The notes under the pieces are model-generated. The model made no database searches and had not been told where the DNA came from. It saw only the letters and a list, made by a program, of their open reading frames with translations. Position numbers and translations under genes: made by a program. This document shows, piece by piece, positions 28,500 through 62,749 of a DNA stretch of 64,000 bases. This DNA is from Raillietiella orientalis. Its lineage: Eukaryota. The stretch is taken from assembly GCA_036172245.1 (NCBI GenBank), contig JAYWIR010000016.1, positions 3,038,001 through 3,102,000 of the forward strand. The letters run 5' to 3'. Numbering within the stretch: position 1 is the stretch's first letter; the number at the start of each line of letters is the position of its first letter.

Positions 28500-30520
28500 C
28501 TGTAGCGCGTACCATGGACCCCTGATCATGGTTCACGCTGAGCGCATGGCACGTTGCGCCCATCCCGTAAGTCGAAACACCGCGTTGCTAGGCCACTCGG
28601 AAAATCCCGTAAGGAGATTGGTGTCCAATCCTATCCAAACGGCTGCGATCCTGCGCGCACTCAAGTGATCCAAGAGAGTACGCCTGATCACTGGAAACCA
28701 CACGATGGCACGGGGAAGACACTCGTCCGTGAAGACCAGCACGCCAGACAGAATGAGAGGAAGCCAAAGCATTCCCTTCGGTGCATGCAAGAAACAGACT
28801 TGGAATAGGGCGCTTTCGAGATTACGCTGCAGCAAGAAGCGAAGCGCGGTGCGGACACGAAGCAGTTCTCGACAGCAGAAGTTCCTCATTGCTGCGACGC
28901 TGTTCAGTTGCCCTCCAGGGAAACTGTCTCCGCCGTAGCAGAAAAAGGAAGGCTGCTAAAGGGATCACTCTCGAAGGGGAATCGCTCATTCGTTTGACAC
29001 GTGCACCGCGATCTCCTGTTCATCTTGAAGTGCGAGGCGGTTCGGAGGGAGTCCACCAACCAACAACCATTCCTGGAAATAGTGAAAGAAAGACGCTTAG
29101 CGATGCAAACTGCGGAGCATGGGAATTCTGGAGCATCGCAAGGCTGGAAGCACTGGGATTTCGGGTACTGGGACCCATGAAGCACACAGGAATCCCCGTT
29201 GATTCTCACCCACCAGCGTCAGCCAGTGGAAAGCATTCCCAGGATAAATCAGAGAAAAGGCAGTCAACCATTATCTCTTCAACCTTATTCAGGAAGAGAG
29301 AGAGACGATCCATGGAACGAGGTCATGATTTCCAGAATCCTGTTTGGCGCAGAGTTGCATTTCGGTGCCAGCATAAATCGCCAATAATGTACCACAACAT
29401 CCTCAGAAAACCGATACGAAGAAGAGCTTAGGCTACAGAGAAATTGAGCTACCGTCTAAGTGCAGGCAGGCGGAAACTGGATAAGAAGATTGGTGCACGT
29501 AGAAAGCACCTCGAATGCCCAATGATTGAGTGGGATGAGCGTTTCTACGTTTCTTACAGGGCGCATTCTGAAATGCTGAACAGCTCGGAGGGCCTGTTGA
29601 CTGCCCACGGTCGGAGTGATGGACAGCAGTGCTTTATGAACGTAATGTGGAACCGGAAGACAGTGGCCGAATCCATCTGCAAGAACCTGTCCATGGGAAG
29701 GAACAGAAATCCAAGTTCCTTGGCTCCAGGAAGCGCGAAACTGTGAGGTAGAATTTGCCAGTTCTTTCGTTCGATCTTATGGGCCATCGCAGCTCGGTTG
29801 CAAATGCTACCAAGCTGTGGACGAGCCTCCCTGAATGGCACTGGCCGCGAAATGCTTTTGAACAGGAGCAAAACGTCAATCCGAGACTATTCCAAGACTG
29901 TGGGCAACAAAAGGAACGATCCGCAGAGGTCTCGCAGATAATATCAGGTTGCAGTCAGTGCACGAAATACACAGAGGCACACGGAAGCGATCGGCACTCA
30001 CCGGAAAAAATTTGAGATTCCCGTAACGGAAATTCAAAGCAGAGGTCTGGAACAGCGCCGAATTACCATCGGAGATCCAGCAAGACTTTCTCGTGTTTCA
30101 CGATGGGAGTTCCAATGTGACACAAAAGTTCAAGCAATAATGCGAAGAGGCAGAAACCGAACTGTTAAGATGTCTACCTGCTGGAAACCAAGCCTCGCCA
30201 AGTGCTAAAGAAGGCGGCATCAGTCATGCCAAACAGAATCGGGATGATGATGACAGGGGAAATCTTGCAGGACCAGGCAAAATTCCTCCCTCATAGGCTG
30301 ATGCTTGGGACAATAACCGCTGCTTTCTTCATCAGAGGTGCCCTGAAAAGAATCCAGAGCAAAGGAATAACCTTTGCATTCACCGAGATGACGATGGGAT
30401 GAACAGAAAGCAAATGGGTTTCAGAAGCTATGGAAACCCTTGAACCTATCAGTGCATTCTAAAGGAAAACGTACAAGCCAGCAGCACCTAAACAATCTGG
30501 ACACAGGAATGTATCAATGA
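28500..30520 (+). mobile_element. Degenerate Ty3/Gypsy pol remnant (RT-RNaseH-integrase order)
   Basis: Fragments are IPFG (MPFG-like), LEALGFRV (YLG-like), PYSGRER..ILFGAELHF (RNase H), EVSQIISGCSQC (integrase HHCC) and KRIQSKGIT (integrase core). Confidence 0.65.
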
Positions 30521-31607
30521 TTTGAAAGCTTCACTTATCATCGTATTAATCCAATTTAAATCAAAAACCCACGCTGCATTGAAGAAAGCTAAAAACTTTA
30601 CAACTGTGAAAATATGACGGTTTAAAGCTCTAATTTCAAACTTGGCCGATGAGTCGTCCAAAAGGCTAAAATACATAAGGCAAAAAACATCAGGAAATAT
30701 GCGAAGAAAAAGCGATAACGACGAGTGTCGTTTACTGAAATGGTTATAGCAATCAGGATTTGAGGATGTGCGTGATTGAATCTCTCATTCACAGGAACAC
30801 GGCATCCATTTTCAAACAGAGTGTTCAAGGGATCATTTTTGTGTGTGTGTGTGTTTCTAATATGCCATGCGTGCTTCATCTCTGACTTATGTTTGGATCA
30901 TAATGAAGCAGGAAAGGTCCCGATCTTTCAGTTGTAAACAGGTTTATGGATCGAGGAACTCACTGCCTAAGCATATATCCACGACGGTTCGAAAATGTTG
31001 GGTACAGGGATGAACTGGTCGGGAGTTTCTCTTGGTGGATACGTAAGAGAGCCGAGCAATTCACTGAAAATGTATGAGTCTTTGTGCTTTTTCGAAGTTC
31101 TCCGTTGGAGTGAAGTTCAGACAAAACCCACAGGCATATCTGCTGCATAAATGTACTCCAGCTGGCACGTGCTCAACAGATGTCTCACTCAATGATGAGA
31201 CATCTGCAGTTGAGCTTGAGCCGGCAGGTCACAAAAATTGCATCGAATTTTTCACATCGATCCAGTGCAGATGAGATTTTATGGCAACCCGTGCAAGCTC
31301 TTGCGAGGAAAAATAAAAGCATTAGGAAGTTTGAAGCCGTAGATTTCGTACGAGTAACGTGCGTATCTTGTACAATTCTTTGCTCGGTCTGCACTTGGCA
31401 AAAAGTTGAAACTAAACTACATCTTGACTCTGAATTTTTAGTACACAAAGTATATATCACGTTGCTGACTCACCGGATCTAATTCTCTCTAATTTTCATG
31501 AAATCCAGTCGTTAATTAGAGATCACAGGAAAACTGATCAACATTTCAAAAGCAAAAGGAATAAATATCGGCAAAAAAAAAAAAAAAGAATGACTGATAC
31601 ATCTACA

Positions 31608-31918
31608 TGAGGAGCACATCACTGCCCTATCACACTGCCGAGGATGCCGTCATGCAAATTCTTGAGGTACCCTCCTCCCCTCCCTGCCTATTAAAGTGTG
31701 GGGTGACCTCGGAGAGAACTCGAGACCGTTCGGCCGATCTCAACCATTTGGGATGTGTATGTACCCACCGTCTGTGCCACAGAGCTCGGTTACGGAAACT
31801 CTGGAACTCGAACTTGCTGACTCGAAGGAGCGCACTGCAGTCTTCGCTAGCTTCACTTCCCAAGCACTGGCAGCCACTGGATATTGAGCATCTCCTCTGG
31901 ACTAGCACATTTCCCCTC
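31608..31918 (-). mobile_element. Possible 3' LTR with polypurine tract
   Basis: On the minus strand GAGGGGAAA (31918-31910) is followed immediately by TGTGCTAG and a ~300-bp GC-richer island. The far end is uncertain and no TIR was found. Confidence 0.3.
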
Positions 31919-32321
31919 GGTGAGATGGTTTGAAAAGATCGGAATACTGTCAGTTCTACCGAATTCTTTTAGGTAGTCAGAATCACGTACCGAATATATG
32001 TAATCGTAATAGATTATATGTACCTTCCGTATCATTAATGGTCGTAAATGAAACAGAGGATACACTCGAACGCTTTACTACACAAAGCTATAGAGTTTCC
32101 CAAAAAGCTTCCAAACCATTCGTGCCTAAATTAAAAAGTAAGCCAATATTCTTGCTTCAAACGTTACTGAACTCAAAAGCGCAATTGCTGCTGACGGATC
32201 AGACTATTTGGACATCTTAAAAAGTCAACATCTGAATAAATGGATGGCTTAACCTAGCATGCGATTTCATCAAGGAACATCCGTTGATAAGAATGTTATT
32301 GGATAACCGACCGCGCAAACA

Positions 32322-32592
32322 AGGGTCGCCAAGTTGTCTCGTTCAGCTACATGCTCCCTGGAGTTCGTACTGATCGACTTGAGGTTCCTGTCTGGTCCCC
32401 CCCGTCTCTCTTGTCCCAGACATCATACACACAATTATCCGGAAACGCACTCTTCTAGACGGGGGAACTTGTCAGCGGATAGAAACACTTCACGCAATCA
32501 CGGTTTAGGTTAGCCAACAACATATGCAAAAAAAAAGTTCCCTCCCTACCTCCCTAGACTCTACCTCCCTTCTAAGACATGCAGTCGAGACA
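32322..32592 (-). mobile_element. 5' LTR (32335-32592, 258 bp) plus primer-binding site of an LTR retrotransposon
   Basis: Perfect 7-bp terminal inverted repeats TGTCTCG (32335-32341) and CGAGACA (32586-32592). On the minus strand the terminal CA is followed by ACT and then TGGCGACCC, a typical Gypsy PBS. Confidence 0.75.
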
Positions 32593-33288
32593 TCGTGGGA
32601 TCCCTGTCCTAGAGAAAGTTGGATCAACGGAATCGTTAATGGCAGAAGAATAAGTGCTAACCCTCTTGGTAACAAATGATGCTGTCATGTAGACGCTGTA
32701 AGGCGATTCGAATCCGACATAACTATGATGAAAAGACAAAAAGTTCTCCAGATGACCGTGCGAACGCTGTAAACGTACTCATAAAAACAATGAAAGCATC
32801 TCTGCATTTCGCAATCCAGTTAGTGACGAGGCAAGCTTTGTAGTATATATAAAACAAAGTATATGTTTTTTTCCCTAAGCGAACTCGCTTTCGTTATATT
32901 TCACAGTGATACTCTTTGCAATGCTGATACCTTACAGGAGAGTTAGCTTCCGAAGTAGTCTATACCTCCTTGGTTTGGAGAGGGCTGCTAGCGAATACTT
33001 TGCTGCAATAATTATTTGTTAGGAGCGATAGAATCCATGCACGTCGTTTCTGGGAATCCTGAGACTGAAATTGCGGGCTGCGGCGGCTGCGCATCGGACA
33101 AACTGGCGGGTACGAATTTGCAAAAAAGAGCATCGAACAGGCATGCCGGTTGTAATTCCGGATGCGCAGGGAAACGTTACCGAACTTCAAAAGGGACAAA
33201 CAGTTTGAAGTGTATGCACTTTTGCATGCGTCTCGGGAGGCGCTTGCAATAGTTTTTTTTTTTTTTTTCCCAAGTAAACGTAAATGGC

Positions 33289-33323
<35 letters not shown>

Positions 33324-34032
33324 CTACAAATTCATTGTACAGCGTTTATCAAGTTTCCGGCGTTTGCCATACAGATACCAGCCGTTTACGTATACCTTGA
33401 AGCGTACACCAGATGGGATTACAAAATGCAGACTATGCTTTCGTTTTGTTTGGTATAGCAAAATTATTTTTTTTTTTTCTGACATAATAAAACAGTAGGG
33501 AACACAATATCTTCTTTCAAAACTGGCTAATGGACTACATAAAGGGATGTGAAGGCAATTTTATTTTCCATATTAATACTTGAATGTTTCAAAGCTCAGT
33601 TTTCAGAAAAGTATGTAAATATTGCACCAATAATTTTCACACTGATATGCTTATCCAAATTCCTACTCCAATGCCATATAAACAACACAATCTCTACTAA
33701 AAGCACATCATGTAAATGCTGAGGTAATGATAAGTATCAGTATTTTAAAATAAAGCTATTATTTTGTGTGCTTCTTTTGCAATACACAAATTTGATCATA
33801 AAGAATAAAATTCACATACATACACATACTGTCAGTGGTAGGAAAATAACAAGACCAATTTTTGGCCAAAATAGTTTTCCTTTTGAGATCTGAATAGAAG
33901 ATGACAATAAATAATGTAATATATATGTAACAATGAATCAACCTGCTTCATTTGCAGTCTTTGGCTTAAAATGGAGGCTTTTGAACAGGAACGTAAAAAT
34001 ACAAAATTTAAAGCTAAATGAGAATACTGAGA

Positions 34033-54609
<20,577 letters not shown>

Positions 54610-54884
54610 GTTTCGCTCCAACTAAGGCACTTCTCCAATGAACGTCGCTGAAGTGCGGAACACGCATTCTGACGTCACGTTTGTTAAAGTGATTACCTAT
54701 AGGGTATGCTGCCATTATACAATGAATTGACGGGCATGTGCGTAAGAACACGCCTGCATGGTGGATGAGGTACTGTGCCCATGCATTGTGAGGTGCGGAT
54801 AGTCTGAAGGCCGGAAAAGGAAGGAAGGGAGGAAGAAGGCAAAAAAAAAAAGAGAGAGAGAGAGAGAGAGAGGGAGCGAGAGAG
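54610..54884. promoter_or_regulatory. Candidate bidirectional promoter / 5' UTR region between ZSWIM and RRP9, containing a (GA)n tract
   Basis: Only 275 bp separate the divergent ATGs; an A-run and GA repeat lie at ~54841-54884. Confidence 0.5.
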
Positions 54885-57800
54885 ATGTTCTTCATCAGAA
54901 AGCATCCGCCGAGGGAAACGGAGGAAAGGAAGCTTGCGAATAAAAGGCGAAAGGTAACGAATTGAAACGTTTCCCAGCAGGAAAGGCGAGCAACGCATTT
55001 ACGAGCAGCGATGCCTTGCCTGCAGTTGTGTTTTCTTGTTGCTTATGCTCAGCTCACTTCTCCTTCTTTGCCTCTGTGTGTTTCGACTCCTTCTTCTTGC
55101 CGTGGCAGGTGTCGTTTTCCCGGGAACGAGAGTGCACCTTCCCGCTCCCGACCGGGCACTCTCCCGGGAGGGAGCACCGTCGTCCAACATGCACAGATTT
55201 TTTTTCGAGGGGGTGACATCGGGAAACTTTCATGCATTTTGCGAATAAAAGTCTTGGATTTGCGACTATCAGCAGGATGCAGTTGCAACATCCATCATGT
55301 GGAAGGAAAATACTGGCTCTTAAACGTGCGTTAGTAGAGTTCGGTTCCCCAAAGTTGAAGATCAATTTCGTTGATGATTATTTATTGTATCTTGAATCCA
55401 AAGCAAGTGTAACATAACTTACGCGTGGATGCCTCCTTTTCTATTGATTTTTCCCACAGGAATTAATATTGCATATTTCTTGGATTAGGTACTCACTGTG
55501 CTTAATCCAACTGCAAATGATTTTATTCTCCTTCCTGTAGTTCCAGATTTAATCACATTTGCGAAATAGGGATGTATTGGATTTTTTTGAGCCCCCTTCC
55601 CTTTCTAAATCATCATACATTTTGCACATTTGCATGCATATTGTCATTCAGCGATCATAAAAAGCACATCAGACCTTCAGCATTCATCTGTTTCTAATTG
55701 CGTAACCGGCATATAGATCTGATGTGCTTCAAAGTAATTATCAGCATATGTGTATTTATGATTTACAATGTTGTAACGATCATTTGTTAGGAAAAGATCT
55801 ATAAAAGTGTTGGTGTTACATGCACCTCTTCTCAATATGCAAACTTGTCAGCACCCAAAGGAAACAATATCAAATTCTGGCATATTGGTATTTTCTACCA
55901 CACACATTCATGCTCACATCATCCTTTGTGTAGTGCGTAGTATATATCCATATGCCACTTAAAAGTTACCTGAAAGACACATCCGGTTTCACAACAAATG
56001 AGATGTTTAAAGATAGGAAAAATATCACCTAAACTTTAGTGCACCCTTTCAGTATACTCAGTCTTGTTTACTAAACATTTATTTGTAGAGCTCACTTCAA
56101 AATCAATGAGATCGTTGCATCCACAAATTTCTGGAATACTTTGATGTGACCCAGAAACACATCAGTGTCTTGCTATACATAAAGTGCAGAACTGACATAT
56201 GGGTACCAAAATATGAAATGAAAGTTGGGACTTGCTGAATGGTCTCTTGTGTCTGGTTTGCTTCATATCTGTGATCTATGTAATTAAACGGAATTGGCTG
56301 AACAAAATTTTCTGTGTGCTGATTGAAAGTTGATCCTACCTACGCATTCCTTACTCACCCTTCAATTTCACAAAGGGCATTAGCTCCAAAAAAGAACTGC
56401 AAAATGAAGAAATTCCTAGTGATTCAGAAACTGATGAGAATATCAGTGAGCATGATTCAGATACTGATACTGAAACAGCACAGGAGAAACGCTTGAGACT
56501 TGCCAAGCAATATTTGAGCGAAATTGGAAACGGTAATGGTAATACAGCTGTGGGTTTTCAGTGATGAATATTCTCATCTTCAGCATTTGAATCTAATGAT
56601 GCACATGATCTAGTATCAAAGCAGCTGAAAACAGATGTTCTTGAAAAAGCAGGCAAGCTAAAAAAAAAAGTTGCAGACAACTATACAGGATATGAAGCAA
56701 ATCAGTCCATTGTTTTGAAATGCAGACAGCACCAAAAATCTATTACTTGTATAGCTGTATGTGGAGATCATGTGTATTCAGCATCAAAGGATGCTGCAAT
56801 TGTCAAGTGTAAGTAATGTGAAGTTGCTGTGTTCCATTTTCTTTTAGGGTCATTACACTCAAGCAAAAAATTACAGTTTGTGTTGAATGCAAAGAAAGGA
56901 GGGAGTAGCCACTCTTCGTCTATATTAGCTTTAGCTATTAGTTCTGATGGCAGATTTCTTGTAAGAGCACACATCTACTGAGCTAGCTCACTTTTTCTCA
57001 GGTGTCAGGATGTCAGGATTCCTTTATCAAAGCTTGGAATGCCGAATCCCTGCAATGTTTACACACGTTTTCTGGACATCGTGGATCAATTACAGGGCTT
57101 GCATTCCAAAAAAAAAGTCACCAGCTATTTAGCTGTTCAGTAGATCGCACAGTCAAGGTTTGGAACCTTGATGAAATGTGCTATGTAGAAACTCTGTATG
57201 TATTTTATTCACCAGTTCAAGTAAGATTTGGTCACTAGTTTTGGTCATCAGGATGCTGTCTTAGCTATTGACTCTCTGCATAAAGAGAGAGCTTTATCAT
57301 GCGGTGGTCGAGATGGCAGCATCCGATTATGGAAGATAGCAGAAGAATCTCAGCTAGTCTTTCTTGGTCATCTAGGTTCCATCGACTGTGTGAAATTTAT
57401 TGATGAAGATCATTTTATTAGTGCTTCCGATGATGGGTATGTTGTGTGCTTGTCAGTATCAGGTACTTTCATGCTTGTGACAGGTCTGTGGCTTTGTGGA
57501 CCACACAGAGAAAGAAACCACTTTCAGTCAAAGCAGCAACACATGGAAATTGCCCCGTATCGAAAGAACCATTCTGGATTTCGGCAATAGCTGTTTATCC
57601 TAACACAGATTTAGTTGCTACAGGTACAAACTTGATAATTTTAACAAGAGTCATATCATCATAATGCACTTAGGGTCACAAAATGGACATGTTTCCTTAT
57701 GGAAGTGTTCAGAAAATTTCAAGGAACTTCAGCATTTATTTTCTGTGTTGATTCCTGGATTTGTAAATAGCATGCAATTCAATCACAATGGTCAGTTGTT

Positions 57801-57897
57801 GATTATTGCAGCAAGTCCTGAACCACGACTTGGCAGATGGTGGCATTTAAAAGGTGTCCGTAATGCCATCCACATCATTAAACTACAGTTGAAATGA
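54885..57897 (+). CDS. RRP9: U3 snoRNA-interacting protein 2 (U3-55K, WD40); exons 54885-54953, 56376-56532, 56584-56808, 56848-56960, 57002-57195, 57239-57436, 57484-57623, 57674-57897
   Basis: The product reads MFFIRK...; ETAQEKRLRLAKQYL; SVDRTVKVWNLDEMCYVETLFGHQD; GGRDGSIRLWKIAEESQLVF; GFVNSM; EPRLGRWW. All introns are GT-AG and in phase. Confidence 0.96.
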
Positions 57898-57970
57898 TGA
57901 AGCCTCGGATATGAAGATTTACGGATACATATTTGAGGATATAAAGATGGTGGAATCTCATGTATAAGTT

Positions 57971-60900
57971 TTAGTTCAGTCTCAAAACATCTGATGTTCC
58001 ACCTTCGAATTGCTTCAAATCAAACTGAATTTCCTTTGCAAGCTGTGGATCTGCAGATAAAATGTCATTCACCTTAAAAGAGTAGTATTAAACATCAACT
58101 GAAGTCTTACTTCATGCACTTACTTCATTACGATAGTCCCTAAGCAACTCCTTCAAATACATCATGAGTTCACGGAGTAAAGGTGATCTGCGCTGTTCCA
58201 ATTGCCTTTTCAGCTGAATGAGAATTGGAACTACATTTTCCATTACATTTTTTTTCATAATCTAGAATGCCTAATTAATTTTTCTTGCATATTATCTGGT
58301 TTACTTGGGTGATAATTGTTTTCTTTGCTCTATCCAAAACAGCTTTGGCCATGTTTTCCTCATCAGTATCATCTTCAAATTTGTTGTGGAGTGAAAGCAA
58401 CTTGATATCCTCACTAATGAGCACACATAATGTATCTTGCAGGACTGCATAACCATTTGAGTCAAACAATATTTGGCCCTTGATAATGTCGCCTTAACAG
58501 CCTACATGTATGACTTTCAGCTAATCAGTAATTACCTAATACATCAGTACACAGACGATAAGTAAGGGCAAATCTTTGCTCATCATTCATTTGCTTCAAC
58601 ATAAATTGGTAAATGTGCATCCGGGAAGACTTATGTGAGCTGTCCTGTAAGTTGAATGCACTTTCTTGTCCCAGTTTCTCCACAAATCTGTTATACTTAT
58701 GGTGACCCTAAATCAAAAATATCAAAATACAAGTTTTCAATTATGGTGTTACCTTGTATCTATTGAAGTAAAAAATAGCTTCCACAAAATGTTGCAAGAA
58801 AACAAGAGGATTGCGCCTGAGTACTGTATGCAGCAAAAAGTGCTCTATGATGTTCTGAATTTCAGTTTTGGGATCACATAGCTGCATTAGTAAACAATAT
58901 AACAGATCTCCTTTCAGTTTAAGATAGTCTTCTTGCAGAAGGTATATGAGCAACACAAGAGCATTTTGGCGAACCAACAAGCATTCGTCCTGCAAGCACA
59001 CAATCATGGCAGGTACAAAAGGTGTAACCAGTGTGGCATATTGAATGCATAAATCACATAACACAAATATGATGTTGCTTCGCATTATGCCACATGTTGT
59101 TGTTTGCAGAATGTGAACCAAAGCAGGTACAGTTTTTTTAGCCAAGTTCTGACTTAACAAAGACAGTTTTCCCAAAGTTAACACAGACATAGCTTGCATA
59201 CGTGCACTTGTTGCATACTTCTGAACTGATGGAAAACCTTGTAATGACTTTTGTGAAATGTCTCCAGTTTTCCCATTTACATCCAAGAATGCTCTTACAG
59301 ATGCATCAGGTGCTCTTGTTTCGTTTCCAAACAAAATATCTTGAGGAAGAATCTCAAGTTCATCTTTTACAATGTTTGGATAAATAAGTACAATTTCTCC
59401 AATCAAGAATAAAGCTCTGAAAGCATGTTCTTCCATTCCTTCGGAATTTGATATCAAGTAATCCCTTACCACATTATTGCATTTCTAAAATGTACCAACA
59501 TTACAATAGCAACATTGCAATCGCTAAATATCATACCACAACTAAGGAACCTCCCCATTTATAGAATTCATCCTCATCTCCATTTCTCTGTTGTTCCAAG
59601 ATAGAAAAATGCATTATATTCATTACAAGACCTAACAGGTTTACATCTAATCTTAATTCTTGCAACTCTATCAACAAAATCCTCTGAAGTCTCTGTTGGC
59701 CTGTTTTGCTGAGTGAAGGCACATGATGGTACATCACATTCAATGCATGCCTTAAAAGAGCAGAGTCATTCTAAATGAGAATGCAGTCAAGAGGTTTCTT
59801 AGCATTTTGTTTAGTACCTTTTGGGTAAGCATCTGCTCAAGATGATCCAGGATATAAAAACCATCCGCAACACAAATGGATGAACTAATCATGGATAGTA
59901 AAAACCAAGCTAGAGGTTTTTGGTCAGCATTAAAATAACTTGAAATATTGGAGACCAATTCTTTGCTACATGCCAATACAGATAATTCCAAAAATGTGAC
60001 AATACCTTACATAGATAGCTTATTGTTTTTGATCAAACGCTGACAAGCTTGTTGAAAAAATCCATTTGCTCCAGAATTCTGAACTATATGTAATATTTTC
60101 CATGGCAGGTTATGCAATTCATTGCTCATATTCTTCAATAAAACCAAGTTTTGGAGTACAAGCAAGTTCAAACTCTGAAATCATCCAACGTTAGCAACAC
60201 AGTTTTCAAGTTTCAAAGTATTTAACCAACTTCACAAACTTCTTCTTGGATCTTTTCCTCAGAGTCCAGGACTCTTGGTAGCACATGCTGATTCCACACA
60301 CTTAAAAAATCTGCAGCACCTGGATACTGAAGTATGATTTCAGTCAAATTATGAATCACATTTTTCCTGATCAGAAGTGATGGATCAGCACAATGAGAAG
60401 CATAAATCTGTAAGGAACACTTCAACAGACTTCCAGATATCGAAATGTTACCTTTAGGTATTTGATTTTTTGTAATTCACCATCAAGCCTTATAAACTTC
60501 TCAACAGTTTGTAATGCTGATTTCCTTACCATTATCCTCTCATCGTTGGTTCCATCTAAGATCACATTCAAAATATTTTCATAACTGGGCACAGTTATTT
60601 CCAAATTGCTTGCTTCGGAATACTTTAAAGTTCCAATCGTTACATTATTAACAAATGTAGTTTGTAATATTTTAATATGGAAAGCACTTGCATTTTCATA
60701 CAAACAATTTAGTGCTCTGGCTCTAACTGAAGGCACTGTATCTGTAATCCTTTTAATTACAAGAGGTATCAATACCATGTACATATTATCTTTGTATAAT
60801 TCCATATAATTTTCAGACAGAAGTTGGTTCTTAAAACTCATTTCATTTCCAAAATTTGCAATTTCTTCAATATTGTGATTCACTTTCTCACAATTCAACA

Positions 60901-62167
60901 ACTTGGATACGATTTCGAGTGACATTAATCTATGAGTGCAAATGGCATCGAAACTCAATTTATAGAAAAAATCAATGCATTTTACTTTAAGGGGATCAGG
61001 CAGGTATGTATATATTTCTGATATACAAGATGCAGCATTGCCACGAAATGTAGCTCGATCGATAACCTTCATAGATAAATGTTGAATGAATATAAATGCA
61101 AATTCCAATGCCTTTGCAAAGTGTTGTAAAATATACAAAATTAATGATAAGGAGTACTTCCTAATTAAAGATAAAATTTTCAAACTCAGAAACGATGATC
61201 CTTTAAAATGCATCATAACATTTGGCAAAAGATGTTTAAAACAAAGTTTCAAACAATGTACAGATATTTTGCATTCATAGCAAAACAGTAATAATCCTTT
61301 GAAAGCTTTTGAATGATGCAAGTCACTGGAATCCAATAAGAATTCTGAATTTTGATAATAACAATCAAATCTACTAATATGTACTAAAACATCAATTATG
61401 TCACTTATATGTTCTTCTTTTTCTTTGGATGAACCAAAGTAAAGGTAAACTAATAAGTTGTCAACAAATATGTCTATAAGCCTTCTTAATTCAAAAATGT
61501 TGTCCTTGGAAAACTGTCCAGCAACTCTATCCTCCTTTAACTGGTAATATTCATCACCGCAGGACCATGAGTTCTGAATTTTTCTGATAGGTTTTTCAAG
61601 AAGTCCGTTACTTTTGTTGTACAAGGCCATGGCAACTTTGAAAGTCTGAAGGCATGCTTCAAAAATTCGTGAATCAAAAACCTTAAAGGCATTACAACCA
61701 GGAATTGTAATGAACAACAGATACAAAACAGATGACTTTAACGACAGAATTTTATAATCAAAGCTGCTTTCGGTCTCATTTCCTTTCAAAAGAATACAAT
61801 AAATGAACAAAGTCAAAGGCTTCACCAAAATATTCTGCTTGATCAATTCTTGCCAAAAATCAACTGCAGCACCATCAGGTACAGAATTCTTCTTTGGAAT
61901 TTCGATTTTATTCAGCTTAATCCCATACAGATTTTCAAGAATTCTTTTCACAGTTGCAAGCAACTGAGTCAAAACGTTAATACTTTCAAGATTTGATACA
62001 TCAAATTCAGTTACCCTATTGATAACATCATTTATTTCATAGTTATCAAACTGAAGAATATTTGCATTTTTCATCAACTCCATTATTTCTGCAAGACACT
62101 CTTTTTTGTCTGATAATCTCATTTGGGACATAGGATCTGAGGATGGCAAATATTTTTTCCTCATCAT
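57971..62167 (-). CDS. NCAPD3: Condensin II HEAT subunit CAP-D3; multi-exon, start tentative
   Basis: Peptides include LFITIPGCNAFKVF, RITDTVPSVRARAL, DERIMVRKSALQ, RSNIIFVLCDLCIQYATLV, LLQEDYLKLKG, FLQHFVEAIFYFN and DYRNEVNDILSADPQLAKEIQFD. The introns checked are 43-56 nt GT-AG, and the stop is TAA at 57973-57971. Confidence 0.93.
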
Positions 62168-62749
62168 ACCAAACAGTGTTACAAACTAATGGCTGAATTT
62201 CAAAATTCATAACACCTTCATCGATAAACACATATGAAATTATATCCTGATTACAACTACATTAGAAAAATGGAATGTTTGCATCAGTGTTAAGGTCCTT
62301 CAAAAAAAGCAATGTATTAAACAGAAAAACAGCAGATACTAAATGATTTTGACAAATTTAACTAACATTCGCTCTTTTCTTTCAAATCCTCCAGTAAGTA
62401 AATCCATAAAACAGAAGCGGCAATGGAAATGTGTAATTCACATCAACAAATAGCATGAAGCTTTTCCACTTAGTTTTTCTCAACCCAGAAGCACCCCTCA
62501 AGAGAGAAAAACAGTTAATGCTTGGATGTTTGAGGTTTTAATATTTGATAACGTGAAATGACTGAATGGTCACATACACAGAATATCAGTTTAATCCAGT
62601 AAACTACACACATTAAGGATTCATATTTAACGGAACTTTATGTTTCGAATTTTATTTCTTGCTTTTTCAATTCGCACCATATGCAGATTGTACACATCTG
62701 TCAGGAAAAAAAAATTTCTGGTTCTGACACAAAGGACATGCGGTTCTCA

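Noticed and set aside
57700..58000. Possible CDS overlap of CAP-D3 with RRP9
   Set aside because: Careful translation gives a CAP-D3 stop at 57973-57971, before the RRP9 CDS.
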